Origin: Candidatus Falkowbacteria bacterium
Lineage (GTDB): Bacteria > Patescibacteriota > Patescibacteriia > Patescibacteriales > UBA12465
Length of the DNA: 64,000 bases
Direction: 5' to 3'
Assembly (NCBI GenBank): GCA_016432645.1
Contig: CP066698.1
Location: forward strand, 197,062 to 261,061
In this document: in pieces, positions 38,232 through 48,225 of the stretch
Layout of the letters: each line of letters begins with the position of its first letter
Numbering within the stretch: position 1 is the first letter of the stretch
Made by a program: the position numbers and the translations under genes
Notes under the pieces: generated by a model
What the model saw: only the letters and a program-made list of their open reading frames with translations
What the model was told of the DNA's origin: nothing
The model's database searches: none

Positions 38232-39407
38232 CTAATATTTCCCTTTTGTTTTAGCTTTTAGCCCCGCTTTCCGGCCGCGATTGGCAAAGCGATGGGCTTC
38301 TTCACGGAGTTTTAGCAAAGTAGCTTTAATGTTTTCCGCCAGCTCGCGCTGCTCTTTTTTGGTTTTAGTTGAAAAAACCAGCTTGTCGCCGCCAAACTTA
38401 GAGATACCGACCATTTGCACGCTGATATTTAATTTAGCCAGTTCGCGCGTCAAAAAACTAATCTGCGGCGAACCGCCGTCTATCATAATTAAATCCGGCA
38501 AAGGCCATTCTAAATGCTTGAAACGCCTGGTTAAAACTTCCAACAAAGAACGTTCATCATCGCCTCCAGGGGCGTCTTTAATTTTAAATAAACGATATTG
38601 AGAAGTATTAGGCTCGCCATTTTCAAAAACCACCATCGAGCCATAGCTTTCCTTGCCGGCGTGATGCGAAATATCATAGCCCTCCAGGCGGCTAATTTTT
38701 CTTTCGTTTAAATCTTCGTCGCGAGTTAAAAGCGAGACGTCTTGTAAATGCTGAAGCGCTTTAGCTTGTTCAGGGTTCGCTTTTTTAAGTTTTACCAGCA
38801 ATCTTTTTTTCTCGCCCTTCAAAAGCAAAATAATATTATCAATATTCTTTTTATATTCCCGCGCGCTAATTTTTTCGGCACAAGCGCCGGGACAAAGCCC
38901 GATTTGGTAATCAAAACAAGCGCGGCCGCTATTTGGCTTGCAAGTCCCATACGGAAAAATGCGGCGAATTAAGCGCAAAGCGTTCTGTAATAAGTAATAT
39001 GATTGATAGGGGCCAAAGACTTGAGCCGTGCCGGCCGGAAACTTTTTCAGCTCGTGGCCACGAATAATGATTGGACGAGCAAATTCTTTCTTGGGGATAA
39101 CTACATAGATAAAGGAGCGGTCATCACGGTCAACAATATTATACTTGGGCCAGTATTTTTTAATATTGGTCGCTTCTAAAATTATGGCTTCTAGTAAGTT
39201 ATCGGTCGTTTCCCAACGCAAATCAGCGGCGGCGGCAACCATTTCGGCTATCCGGGAGCTAATTCCATTCTGAAAATACTGGCTTAAGCGCGCTTTGAGG
39301 CTGGTAGCGCGTCCAACATAGAGCACATTTCCCTTTTTATCACGCCAAAAATAGACCCCAGGCTGTTTGGGGGCGCTTTTAGCGACGGTGGATAAGTCTC
39401 TTGACAT
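38232..39407 (-). CDS. uvrC: Shortened excinuclease ABC subunit C
   Basis: GIY-YIG domain (PGVY...LYVGRA..L..RL..YF), Cys cluster, EGYDISH, PDLIMIDGG and EAHRFA. Start set at MSRD. Confidence 0.9.
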   Translation of the reverse strand: MSRDLSTVAKSAPKQPGVYFWRDKKGNVLYVGRATSLKARLSQYFQNGISSRIAEMVAAAADLRWETTDNLLEAIILEATNIKKYWPKYNIVDRDDRSFIYVVIPKKEFARPIIIRGHELKKFPAGTAQVFGPYQSYYLLQNALRLIRRIFPYGTCKPNSGRACFDYQIGLCPGACAEKISAREYKKNIDNIILLLKGEKKRLLVKLKKANPEQAKALQHLQDVSLLTRDEDLNERKISRLEGYDISHHAGKESYGSMVVFENGEPNTSQYRLFKIKDAPGGDDERSLLEVLTRRFKHLEWPLPDLIMIDGGSPQISFLTRELAKLNISVQMVGISKFGGDKLVFSTKTKKEQRELAENIKATLLKLREEAHRFANRGRKAGLKAKTKGKY

Positions 39408-39439
39408 AAAAATAAAAAGGATTAATATGCTTAATATAG

Positions 39440-39706
39440 TTCGCCCATAAAATACATGGGCTTTGCAAATCCAACTGGGTAAAACCAGAAAAACGCTGCG
39501 ACGACTTCGTGGATGTAAACTCGGGCAAGGATTAGATTCCTTTGCAAGAACCGAAACGCTTCCAAGCAAATCAAGTCAAGTAGCACTGCACCCTAGCAAC
39601 AAACGTCTCGCTCACGAAAGTTGGGCATTAATGGTTATGAGGTTTCTTAAGAAATTCTTGTTCAAATAACCGACCCTAAGACCGCTGTTGCTAGGGTCTT
39701 TTTTTA
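39440..39706 (+). ncRNA. Candidate structured RNA between uvrC and uvrA
   Basis: Several hairpins, a perfect 12-bp long-range pair (39590-39601 with 39686-39697) and a + strand T-tail. Confidence 0.35.
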
Positions 39707-39720
39707 TTTAAAAATAATTA

Positions 39721-42237
39721 TTACTTTTTTAAATAAGGCTTTAAATATTTTCCGGTCTCGCTTTCTGGTTCACGGACAATATCTTCCGGAGCACCGGCAG
39801 CTACCAAGCGTCCGCCTTTCTCGCCGCCATCCGGGCCCAAGTCAATAATATAATCCATTGACTTAAGCATATGCATATTATGCTCAATGACTAGAACAGA
39901 ATTCCCCTTTTCTACCAGCTTATTTAAAACTGTGAGGAGCATATCAATATCATAATAATGCAGACCGGTGGTTGGTTCGTCCAATAAATACAAAGTACGC
40001 TTACCTAAAGTATGGGTTAATTCTTTAGCAATTTTAATTCTTTGGGCCTCACCGCCGGATAAAGTGGTTGCGCTCTGGCCGATTTTAATATAACCCAAAC
40101 CAACTGACTGCAAAACTTTTAATTTCTCGGTGATATAGTAATTACCGTCAAAATGTTCCACTGCTTCATCAATTGTCATATCTAGTACCTGGGCAATATT
40201 TTTGTCTTTATATTTAACTTGCAGGGTTTCGCGATTAAATCTTTTGCCGCGGCAAACTTCGCATTCCACCAAGACTGGTGGCAAAAAGTGCATTTCAATT
40301 AAATTAGCGCCCGCCCCCTCACAAGCTTCACAACGCCCGCCCGGACGATTAAAGGAAAAACGCCCGATGCCATAGCCTCTTTCCCTGGCTTCTGGTAAGC
40401 TGGCAAAAAAATCACGAATCGGCGTAAAGATGCCGGTGTAGGTAGCGGGATTGGAACGCGGGGTGCGGCCAATCGGCGATTGATCAATGACAATAACTTT
40501 ATTAATATAATCTGTGCCTTTAATCTCTTTAACGTCTTCCATCTTGGCGCGGCCGCCAGGTCGAGCTTTAATATGGGAAACATTTTTATATAAAACATCA
40601 TATAAGAAAGACGACTTGCCGCTCCCGGAAACCCCACTGATGCCGACTAGGCGTCCCAAGGGAATTTCTACCGTAATATTTTTTAAATTATTGGCACTGG
40701 CGCCGATAATCTTCAAAGAGCCGTGATTTTGTTCGCGCCTTTTCTCTGGCAAATTAATTTCCCGATGACCGTTTAAATATTGCAAAGTTAAAGACTTTTT
40801 CGTGGCATCCTTATCTTTACCGGCTAAAAGAGCCTTAACCTCGCCCGCCGCCATCACTTCCCCGCCGTGGACACCAGCTAATGGCCCTAAATCAACCAAA
40901 TAATCGGCGGCTAAAATAGTTTTTTCATCATGTTCCACAATAATAATCGTATTATCCTTATCGCGTAATTTTTTTAAAGTATCGATTAGCTTTTCGGTGT
41001 CGCGTTCGTGCAAGCCGATGGTCGGTTCATCTAAAACATACAAAGTCCGCGATAAATGTGAACTAATCTGGGAAGATAAACGGATACGCTGGGCTTCGCC
41101 ACCTGATAAAGTATGGGCTTCGCGCTCTAAGCTTAAATAATCAAGCCCGACTTTAAGTAAGAATTCCAAGCGGCTGATGATTTGAATAACGACATTTTCG
41201 GCAATGGCAAGCTCCCTTTTCGTCATCTTGTCGTAATAACTATTAAAAAACTTTAGAGTCTTATCCAATGATAGTTTGGCGACCTCGGCAATATTTTTAT
41301 TAGCAACTTTAACCGACAAGCCTTCCGGTTTTAGGCGCGCGCCAAGACAAGCTTCACATTTTTCCTCGCTAAAAAAATTCTTCTTCCCTAAACCCGCACA
41401 TTCCGGACAGGCGCCGGCCGGCGAATTAAAAGAAAATAAACGCGGTTCAACTTCGGGAAAGGAAAAATTATCATTCGGACAAGTCCAATTGGATGACAGC
41501 AGAAATTCTTGTTTTTCATATTTAGCAACCACTAGACCCTTGCTATATTCCATGGCATTTTCTACGGCTTCAAATAAGCGTGACTGATCATCCAACATTA
41601 CTTTATCAATCACGATATCAATATCATGATTTTGTTTGGAAGCCAGTTTTATCTTTTCCCGCAAAGAATGAATTTTCCCGTCCACGCGCGCTTCCGCATA
41701 GCCTAAGCCCAGATAATTATACAAAAGCTGATAATATTCGCCTTTACGATTACGAATTACCGGCGACATAATGGCCACATACTTCTCGCCCGCATCTTGG
41801 CCGCGATTAATAATAATGTCCACCATTTCTTCGGTCGTCAGCTTTTCAATTTTATGGCCGCACAGCGGGCAAAAAACATCGCCCACCCGAGCGTACAAAA
41901 CTCGCAAATAATCATAAATATCAGTTAAAGTCCCAACTGTAGAGCGTGGGTTATGAGACAGGGCTTTTTGGTCAATGGCAATTGCCGGTGCTAAACCGAT
42001 AATTTCATCAACATCGGCCGGTTTTTTCTGGCCCAAAAATTGGCGCATATAGGGCGAGAGAGATTCGACATATTGACGTTGCCCTTCAGCAAAAATAGTA
42101 TCAAAAGCCAGCGACGATTTGCCGCTTCCCGAGACTCCAGAAATAACCGTTAATTTATTATGCGGTATTTCCAAATTAATATTTTTTAAATTGTGCATCC
42201 GCGCCCCGCGGATAATCATTTTTCCTTTATCTGGCAT
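39721..42237 (-). CDS. uvrA: Excinuclease ABC subunit A
   Basis: Two GVSGSGKSS Walker A motifs, two LSGGEAQR signatures and Zn fingers. Confidence 0.97.
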   Translation of the reverse strand: MPDKGKMIIRGARMHNLKNINLEIPHNKLTVISGVSGSGKSSLAFDTIFAEGQRQYVESLSPYMRQFLGQKKPADVDEIIGLAPAIAIDQKALSHNPRSTVGTLTDIYDYLRVLYARVGDVFCPLCGHKIEKLTTEEMVDIIINRGQDAGEKYVAIMSPVIRNRKGEYYQLLYNYLGLGYAEARVDGKIHSLREKIKLASKQNHDIDIVIDKVMLDDQSRLFEAVENAMEYSKGLVVAKYEKQEFLLSSNWTCPNDNFSFPEVEPRLFSFNSPAGACPECAGLGKKNFFSEEKCEACLGARLKPEGLSVKVANKNIAEVAKLSLDKTLKFFNSYYDKMTKRELAIAENVVIQIISRLEFLLKVGLDYLSLEREAHTLSGGEAQRIRLSSQISSHLSRTLYVLDEPTIGLHERDTEKLIDTLKKLRDKDNTIIIVEHDEKTILAADYLVDLGPLAGVHGGEVMAAGEVKALLAGKDKDATKKSLTLQYLNGHREINLPEKRREQNHGSLKIIGASANNLKNITVEIPLGRLVGISGVSGSGKSSFLYDVLYKNVSHIKARPGGRAKMEDVKEIKGTDYINKVIVIDQSPIGRTPRSNPATYTGIFTPIRDFFASLPEARERGYGIGRFSFNRPGGRCEACEGAGANLIEMHFLPPVLVECEVCRGKRFNRETLQVKYKDKNIAQVLDMTIDEAVEHFDGNYYITEKLKVLQSVGLGYIKIGQSATTLSGGEAQRIKIAKELTHTLGKRTLYLLDEPTTGLHYYDIDMLLTVLNKLVEKGNSVLVIEHNMHMLKSMDYIIDLGPDGGEKGGRLVAAGAPEDIVREPESETGKYLKPYLKK

Positions 42238-42253
42238 ATATCAACAAATCAAT

Positions 42254-42844
42254 TTATTTTAATTCCCAATTTATAAATGGGTTCGGCCCGGCAAAAGTAA
42301 TTAAAGGTGTGTTATGGTTAATAATATCGTTAGGAACGCCATATTTCTTATTATATAAAGTATCGGCAGCACAAAACAGCGCCTCGGAATAATCAAAACC
42401 CAATTTAGCGCTTACACTCTTAACTACCACCTCTGATTGCCCTTCAACTTCAACATAAGGCTCTAAATATGGCCACTCATCAATTGTTACCTCCGTACCG
42501 TCAAGCGTCCAGAGTTCCCGGCGGCTTTCTTGAAAGGCTTTCTGCCGTGCTCCGGTAGCCTCTAAAAGCGCAATTCCCTCTTCAAAACTATCTATTTTTA
42601 ATTGAATTTCTTTTTGATTTTCTATTTTATCGCCATCTACAATTTTTAGACTCATCGTTATTTTATCCCCCTCATCGCGGACTCTGAGCCAGGCGCCGGG
42701 AATCTCGTGACCGACCGGTAATTCAAAAACGACTCGTTTCATCAAAAATTCCGGCTTAACAAGCTGAGCACCGGCCGCTTTTAGACGCGCGCGCATCTCT
42801 TCCTTATTTATATTTATAAATGTAGCTTCGTATTCAATGTTCAT
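42254..42844 (-). CDS. CYTH domain protein
   Basis: IEYE, WLRVRDEG, IDEWP and YVEVEG. Confidence 0.88.
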   Translation of the reverse strand: MNIEYEATFININKEEMRARLKAAGAQLVKPEFLMKRVVFELPVGHEIPGAWLRVRDEGDKITMSLKIVDGDKIENQKEIQLKIDSFEEGIALLEATGARQKAFQESRRELWTLDGTEVTIDEWPYLEPYVEVEGQSEVVVKSVSAKLGFDYSEALFCAADTLYNKKYGVPNDIINHNTPLITFAGPNPFINWELK

Positions 42845-42848
42845 ATTT

Positions 42849-44684
42849 TTATTCCGTCTCTATATCCAAAAAGCCTTCAATCTTTTTGGAAATATTAGCC
42901 GGAGTAATATTGTGTTCTTGATTATACTTTAATTGCTTTTTACGCCGTCTTTCGGCCTCATTTATCGCCCGCTTCATAGAATCAGTTTTCTTATCGGCGT
43001 AAAGAATAATCTTACCCTTAACGTTTCGAGCGGCGCGGCCCATAGTTTGCATTAAACTGGTCTGGCTTCTTAAAAACCCTTCCCTATCGGCGTCTAAAAT
43101 CGCCACTAGAGTTACTTCAGGCAAATCTAAGCCTTCTCTTAATAAGTTAACGCCGATTAAAACATCAAACAAGCCTTCGCGAAAATTCTTTAAGATTTCC
43201 GTACGTTCAAAAGTTTTAATGCCACTATGAAGATAATTGGATTTAAAACCTTGTCCGTTTAAGTAGGTGTTCAAATCTTCGGCTTGCTTTTTAGTTAAGG
43301 TATTGATAATCGCGCGTTCGCCTAAACGAGCGATTTCCCGAATCTCCTCCATCACATCATTTATCTGGCTATAGTTTGTTTCCTTGTTAAATACCGGTCG
43401 AATTTCAATTTCCGGGTCAATTAAACCAGTCGGTCTAATTACTTGCTCCACAATTTGCTCAGATTTTTTCAGTTCAAAATCGCCCGGCGTGGCGGTCGTA
43501 AAAATAGTCTGGCCGATGCGCGCCTCAAACTCATTAAACTTCAAGGGGCGATTATCTAAAGCGGATGGCAAGCGCCAACCATATTGAGTTAAGGTTTTTT
43601 TGCGTGCTTGGTCGCCGTTATACATGCCTCTTATTTGCGGAATGGCAATATGAGACTCGTCAACGACTAATAAAAAGTCAGGCTTTCCGTCTTTCCAAGG
43701 GAAATAAGCTAATAGAGAATCTGGGGCTTCGCCGGTTAATTTTCCAGTTAAATGCCGTGAATAATTTTCAATACCGTGACAATAACCTAAAGAATGCAGC
43801 ATCTCAATATCATATTTAGTCCGCCGTTCCAAACGCTCAGCTTCCAAAAGCAAACCTTCTTTTTTAAAATAAGCCAAACGGTCTTTTAATTCCGCTTGAA
43901 TATTTTTTATTGCGCCTTCAATTTGCGGTCCGGTAGAAACAAAGTGCTTGGGCGGAAAAATTACAATTTCTTCAAGATTTTCTAAAATATTCTTAGTTGT
44001 ATTATCAATTATTGTTAATTCAGAAATAATTTGGTCTTTCAATTCTAAACGATAAACGATATTTTCGGACTTCGGCCGAATTTCAAAGACATTGCCCCGG
44101 ACCCGGAATTGGCCGCGCTCCACGTTGCCGCTTACCCGCTCAAACTGGATTTTAATTAATTGCTTAATTAAATCAGTTCTAACCATCGGCTTCCCTTTTT
44201 CTAAAACTAAACTCGCCTCTAAATAAGAGGACGGGACGCCCAGGTTATAAATACAAGAAACGGAAGCAACAATAATCACATCGCGGCGAGAAACCAAGGC
44301 GGAAGTCGCCCCGTGGCGCAAACGATCTATTTCCTGATTAATCATCGCCTCCTTATCAATATAAGTATCAGTTATCGGCAAATAGGCTTCCGGCTGATAA
44401 TAATCATAGTAGGAAACGAAATAATGAACGGCGTTATCGGGAAAAAAATTCTTATATTCTCTATATAATTGAGCGGCGAGAGCCTTATTGGGAGCAATTA
44501 CGAGAACCGGCTTATTTTCTCCGGCAATAACATTAGCAATCGTGAAAGTTTTGCCGCTGCCGGTCACGCCTAAAAGCGTCTGGTAACGATTACCGGACGC
44601 TAAACCTTTACTAAGCTTTTTTATCGCCTCCGGCTGGTCGCCGGCGGGCAAAAAATCAGACTTTAATTTGAACATTTTTTCCAT
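42849..44684 (-). CDS. uvrB: Excinuclease ABC subunit B
   Basis: GVTGSGKT, YYDYYQPEAY, DESH and GRAARN. Confidence 0.97.
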   Translation of the reverse strand: MEKMFKLKSDFLPAGDQPEAIKKLSKGLASGNRYQTLLGVTGSGKTFTIANVIAGENKPVLVIAPNKALAAQLYREYKNFFPDNAVHYFVSYYDYYQPEAYLPITDTYIDKEAMINQEIDRLRHGATSALVSRRDVIIVASVSCIYNLGVPSSYLEASLVLEKGKPMVRTDLIKQLIKIQFERVSGNVERGQFRVRGNVFEIRPKSENIVYRLELKDQIISELTIIDNTTKNILENLEEIVIFPPKHFVSTGPQIEGAIKNIQAELKDRLAYFKKEGLLLEAERLERRTKYDIEMLHSLGYCHGIENYSRHLTGKLTGEAPDSLLAYFPWKDGKPDFLLVVDESHIAIPQIRGMYNGDQARKKTLTQYGWRLPSALDNRPLKFNEFEARIGQTIFTTATPGDFELKKSEQIVEQVIRPTGLIDPEIEIRPVFNKETNYSQINDVMEEIREIARLGERAIINTLTKKQAEDLNTYLNGQGFKSNYLHSGIKTFERTEILKNFREGLFDVLIGVNLLREGLDLPEVTLVAILDADREGFLRSQTSLMQTMGRAARNVKGKIILYADKKTDSMKRAINEAERRRKKQLKYNQEHNITPANISKKIEGFLDIETE

Positions 44685-44843
44685 AACAAAACCTTAAAAA
44701 TGGTTCTAAAATTAATTAAAACTATATCATAGAAAGTTAAAAAATAAAAGATTAAAAGCTCAAGCTCCTTAAACAGCTAAAAATCCTTGTCGCCAAGGCT
44801 AATTTAATGCTAAAATATTAATAACAAAGTCTAGACAACCAAC

Positions 44844-47800
44844 ATGAAAAACAATTTTTTAAAAAAACTTAAGCAAGGCCAATTAAAATTTTTAATTTTG
44901 GCGGGCTTATTTTTTAGTTTTCTTTTATTAACCACTGCGCCAAACTCACAAGCACAAACTACAGAAACACCGGACAGCAAAGACGCGATTGCCGTGCGTA
45001 TTGTGGAAAATCCTAATCATTACAGCAGCGCCCGCTGGTATCAACTGCAAAATTTCCAGGGCTCGCCGCAAACTCTCCAAGTTGATGGCTACGAAGCAAT
45101 TAGAAACGGCCGCACGGTTTATGTGAACGCCGCTAACGTCGTCGATTCCAATAACGACGGCACGCCGGACGCTTTCTACACTAACATCTTCATTATTTCT
45201 TATACCGAAAGCCAAAGAGCTGATACGCCGGATATTTTTGGGCAACTGTTAAAAAACTTTAAATTTAATACTAATTTTTTTGAACTCGGCGCCTGCAGCC
45301 AGACAAGCGATAAATCTTGCTTAACCAATAAAGACTGTCCAGCGGATGAATATTGCAATAGCCAAAAATCAAAAGTAGTAAGAGACGTTAAGCGTTTAGC
45401 GGACTTAACAGAAATGCAGACCGCGCTAAATGCCTATAAACAAAAAACCGGCGTCTATCCGAGCCAAATTGCCGGTACCTATTTGGCCGGAAAAACCTTA
45501 TCAACTTGGTCCAGCTGGCAAGAAAGTTTTGCTAAAGATTTAGGAATAGTTCTGCCGGTTGATCCGATTAATAAACTAGGAACTTGTGACGGTTATGACC
45601 CCAATACCTGTTGGGATGCCAGCAATAAAACTTTTGCCACTAATATTTCCCAGGCCATTTTACCTTCCGGCAGCCATGTTTATGCTTATCTAGGCGACAG
45701 CCGCGGCGCCAATGCTAAATATTGCGCCCAAATGGAAAGCGGCTATGCTAATTTGCAAAGCTATAATTGTTTTACCGATAAACGAGAAAATAGCCAGCCA
45801 ATTATTAAAGATACCGCCCTTTTTGGCTGGCCGAAAAAAGAATTTAATGGCTATGTGAGCGTCTTTGATGCCGATGGCGACCCGCTTAAATTAAGTATCG
45901 CCCTGTCTTCTCCGGCACCCAATGTCTGGATTCAGGAAAAATGGGGCGGTTTTGCCTCTTCCACAATTACTGCTCTCCCGAGTAAGGGCCAAATGAAAAT
46001 CTATGTCCCGATAACTGGTAACGCTAAAGCTCCGGGCTATTACAAGGTTCGTTTGACTCTGGACGATCAGCAAGGAGCAGCTAACAGCATCTTTTCCCAA
46101 ATCTATGATTTAACTGTCCAACCCTTAACCAGCAGTTTAAGCAAAACTAGTAAAACCGTGACTATCGGCCAAACAGATATGGCCAGTATCAGCGGCACCG
46201 ACTCTAACGGCGATCCAATTCAAAATGTTTATTTTGAAAGCGCAACCTATAACAGCAGTCCGATAAGTCAAACGGTATTCACTAACAGCGGCTTTTCGAT
46301 TGCCGGAGCAACTTTGCAAGAAAGTTTTAGATCCGCTCAGAAAACCGGCGTTTATGTAGTAAATGTTTCCGCCAATGACAGCGTAGCGGCCGGCGGTAAA
46401 ATATTTTCTAATTTTACTTATACTATCGTTAACAAGCCGCCAGTATTTAAAAGCTTAGTAGCTACTTTTATTAACAATACCACCAAGACTTGCGCCCCCG
46501 GAGAAACCTGTTATGTCTCAATTGATAATGGCGAAGCGGCCACTGTCAGAATTACCGGCGAAGACCCGGATGGGCACGCTCTAAGCTACTCCTTAGTTGA
46601 TAACTTCGGCGGCAAATTAAGCATCAACTCCACGAGCGGCGTAATTAGCGGTTTGCAAAATTTAGGCTATCAAGAATTACAGGACCAAGTTTTTAATATT
46701 GAAGTTAAAATTTCCGATGCTTATTGCGCTAATTCCAGCCCGGCAGAATGTTCTTCAAATTATTCTTTCAGCCTGAAAGTAATGAAATATTGTTCTGTGA
46801 ATTTACCAGGCTCTACTCTTTACAAAGAGCTGCAACAAACAGTAACCGTTGCCAATTCTGGCGATAATTTAAATACCGGCCTCTTTTTAAGCGATTGCTC
46901 AGAAATCGGAACTAGTTCTATGGATGTTAAATTTGTCGGAGAAGCTCATAGCCAAGCTATAATTTTAGTCAGTGATTTATCAAAAAGCATGGACGCCAAT
47001 ATTACTATTGCCGGCGTCTCGCAACCGGCGGTTACTCGCTTAAAAAGCGCCCTCACAAAAACAACGACCGGCTTCTTAGATAGTGTTTATGGAATTGCTT
47101 CCACTTGGCCAAGCCAATATTTTATTAAAGTCGGCTTAATCGCTTACAACACTGGAGTTGTCAGCAGCCAGCCTTTAACCAATCTCGTTACTTCCGGCAA
47201 CTTAAGCAGTCTGAAAAATATAATTAATAATTATACTACCTACTATCAAACCGACACCTTATCCGCCTTAAACGCGGCCGAAACGGCTTTAGCCGGGGTT
47301 ACTGATCCAAACACGGAAAAAATTGTTATTTTAATGAGCGATGGTATTCCGGGAATTGACGGCTACACGATTAAAAATCCTTACTGCTATGAACCTTCGG
47401 AACCTACTTGTTATTGCGGCGGTACGGCGCCTGACAACTGCAACCCTTGGCCAAGTTGTGATTATACCAAGGAATACGTCTCTTATTCTCAGGATTCCTG
47501 CAGTTGCGTTTGTGCTTGCGGCGGCACTTCACCAAATTGCACCGCAAGAGCGACCTGCCCGGCCGGCCAAGAGCAAGGCGGATGTACGGCTGACGATTGT
47601 TACACCCCTACCCCGCCGCCTCATTCCAGCTTCAATCCCTTTCAAAAAATCAAACGTTTCTTCGCTAAATTGTTAAACATTAAGCCGGCACAGGCCATCA
47701 CCACCCAAAATGAATGTGCCTATAAGAGTTGTGAAGCCGCCTTCCCTGATTTCTCTTGTCCCAGCAACCAATATATGAGCTGCTCATATTATTGGACTTT

Positions 47801-48224
47801 AAATTGCGATTTAACGCCGGATGTTGATAAGCAAGCTAATATCATTAAAAGTAAAGGCATTTCTCTATACACAATTTATTACGACACCAGCAACACCTCT
47901 ACTCCTAAACAAAAGATGTGCAACTGGTCCAGCAATAACGGAGTTAATTGCGACAACAACACTTATGCTTTTGCCGGTTCGGATATCGACACCATGATTA
48001 AAAAAGTTTTAGGCAGAATTGTTACCAAACCGAAGGATGTTACTGTCGGCAACTCGTTAATTTTAGACCAAGATAGCGCCTCAACCACCAGTTTTGTCAG
48101 CGGCGCGCAGGTTGGAGGTTTAAGCTGCGGCGCAATTACGCCGAAAGTTACCTTTAGCAACAATGGTTATTTGGAATTTTCAAATATAAAATTAAATTAT
48201 TGCCCAGCTAAACTTCATCCTTAA
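44844..48224 (+). CDS. Large secreted adhesin: pilin-like core, Ig/cadherin-like repeats and VWA domain with Cys-rich insert
   Basis: Signal ending AQ; RDVKRLADL....AL..Y....GVYP and LPVDP; DADGDPL/DPDGHAL repeats; MIDAS motif DLSKSM and ILMSDG. Confidence 0.7.
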   Translation: MKNNFLKKLKQGQLKFLILAGLFFSFLLLTTAPNSQAQTTETPDSKDAIAVRIVENPNHYSSARWYQLQNFQGSPQTLQVDGYEAIRNGRTVYVNAANVVDSNNDGTPDAFYTNIFIISYTESQRADTPDIFGQLLKNFKFNTNFFELGACSQTSDKSCLTNKDCPADEYCNSQKSKVVRDVKRLADLTEMQTALNAYKQKTGVYPSQIAGTYLAGKTLSTWSSWQESFAKDLGIVLPVDPINKLGTCDGYDPNTCWDASNKTFATNISQAILPSGSHVYAYLGDSRGANAKYCAQMESGYANLQSYNCFTDKRENSQPIIKDTALFGWPKKEFNGYVSVFDADGDPLKLSIALSSPAPNVWIQEKWGGFASSTITALPSKGQMKIYVPITGNAKAPGYYKVRLTLDDQQGAANSIFSQIYDLTVQPLTSSLSKTSKTVTIGQTDMASISGTDSNGDPIQNVYFESATYNSSPISQTVFTNSGFSIAGATLQESFRSAQKTGVYVVNVSANDSVAAGGKIFSNFTYTIVNKPPVFKSLVATFINNTTKTCAPGETCYVSIDNGEAATVRITGEDPDGHALSYSLVDNFGGKLSINSTSGVISGLQNLGYQELQDQVFNIEVKISDAYCANSSPAECSSNYSFSLKVMKYCSVNLPGSTLYKELQQTVTVANSGDNLNTGLFLSDCSEIGTSSMDVKFVGEAHSQAIILVSDLSKSMDANITIAGVSQPAVTRLKSALTKTTTGFLDSVYGIASTWPSQYFIKVGLIAYNTGVVSSQPLTNLVTSGNLSSLKNIINNYTTYYQTDTLSALNAAETALAGVTDPNTEKIVILMSDGIPGIDGYTIKNPYCYEPSEPTCYCGGTAPDNCNPWPSCDYTKEYVSYSQDSCSCVCACGGTSPNCTARATCPAGQEQGGCTADDCYTPTPPPHSSFNPFQKIKRFFAKLLNIKPAQAITTQNECAYKSCEAAFPDFSCPSNQYMSCSYYWTLNCDLTPDVDKQANIIKSKGISLYTIYYDTSNTSTPKQKMCNWSSNNGVNCDNNTYAFAGSDIDTMIKKVLGRIVTKPKDVTVGNSLILDQDSASTTSFVSGAQVGGLSCGAITPKVTFSNNGYLEFSNIKLNYCPAKLHP

Positions 48225-48225
48225 T

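Noticed and set aside
39463..39669. 68-aa ORF between uvrC and uvrA
   Set aside because: TTG start, no RBS and no recognisable motif. RNA structure explains the region better.
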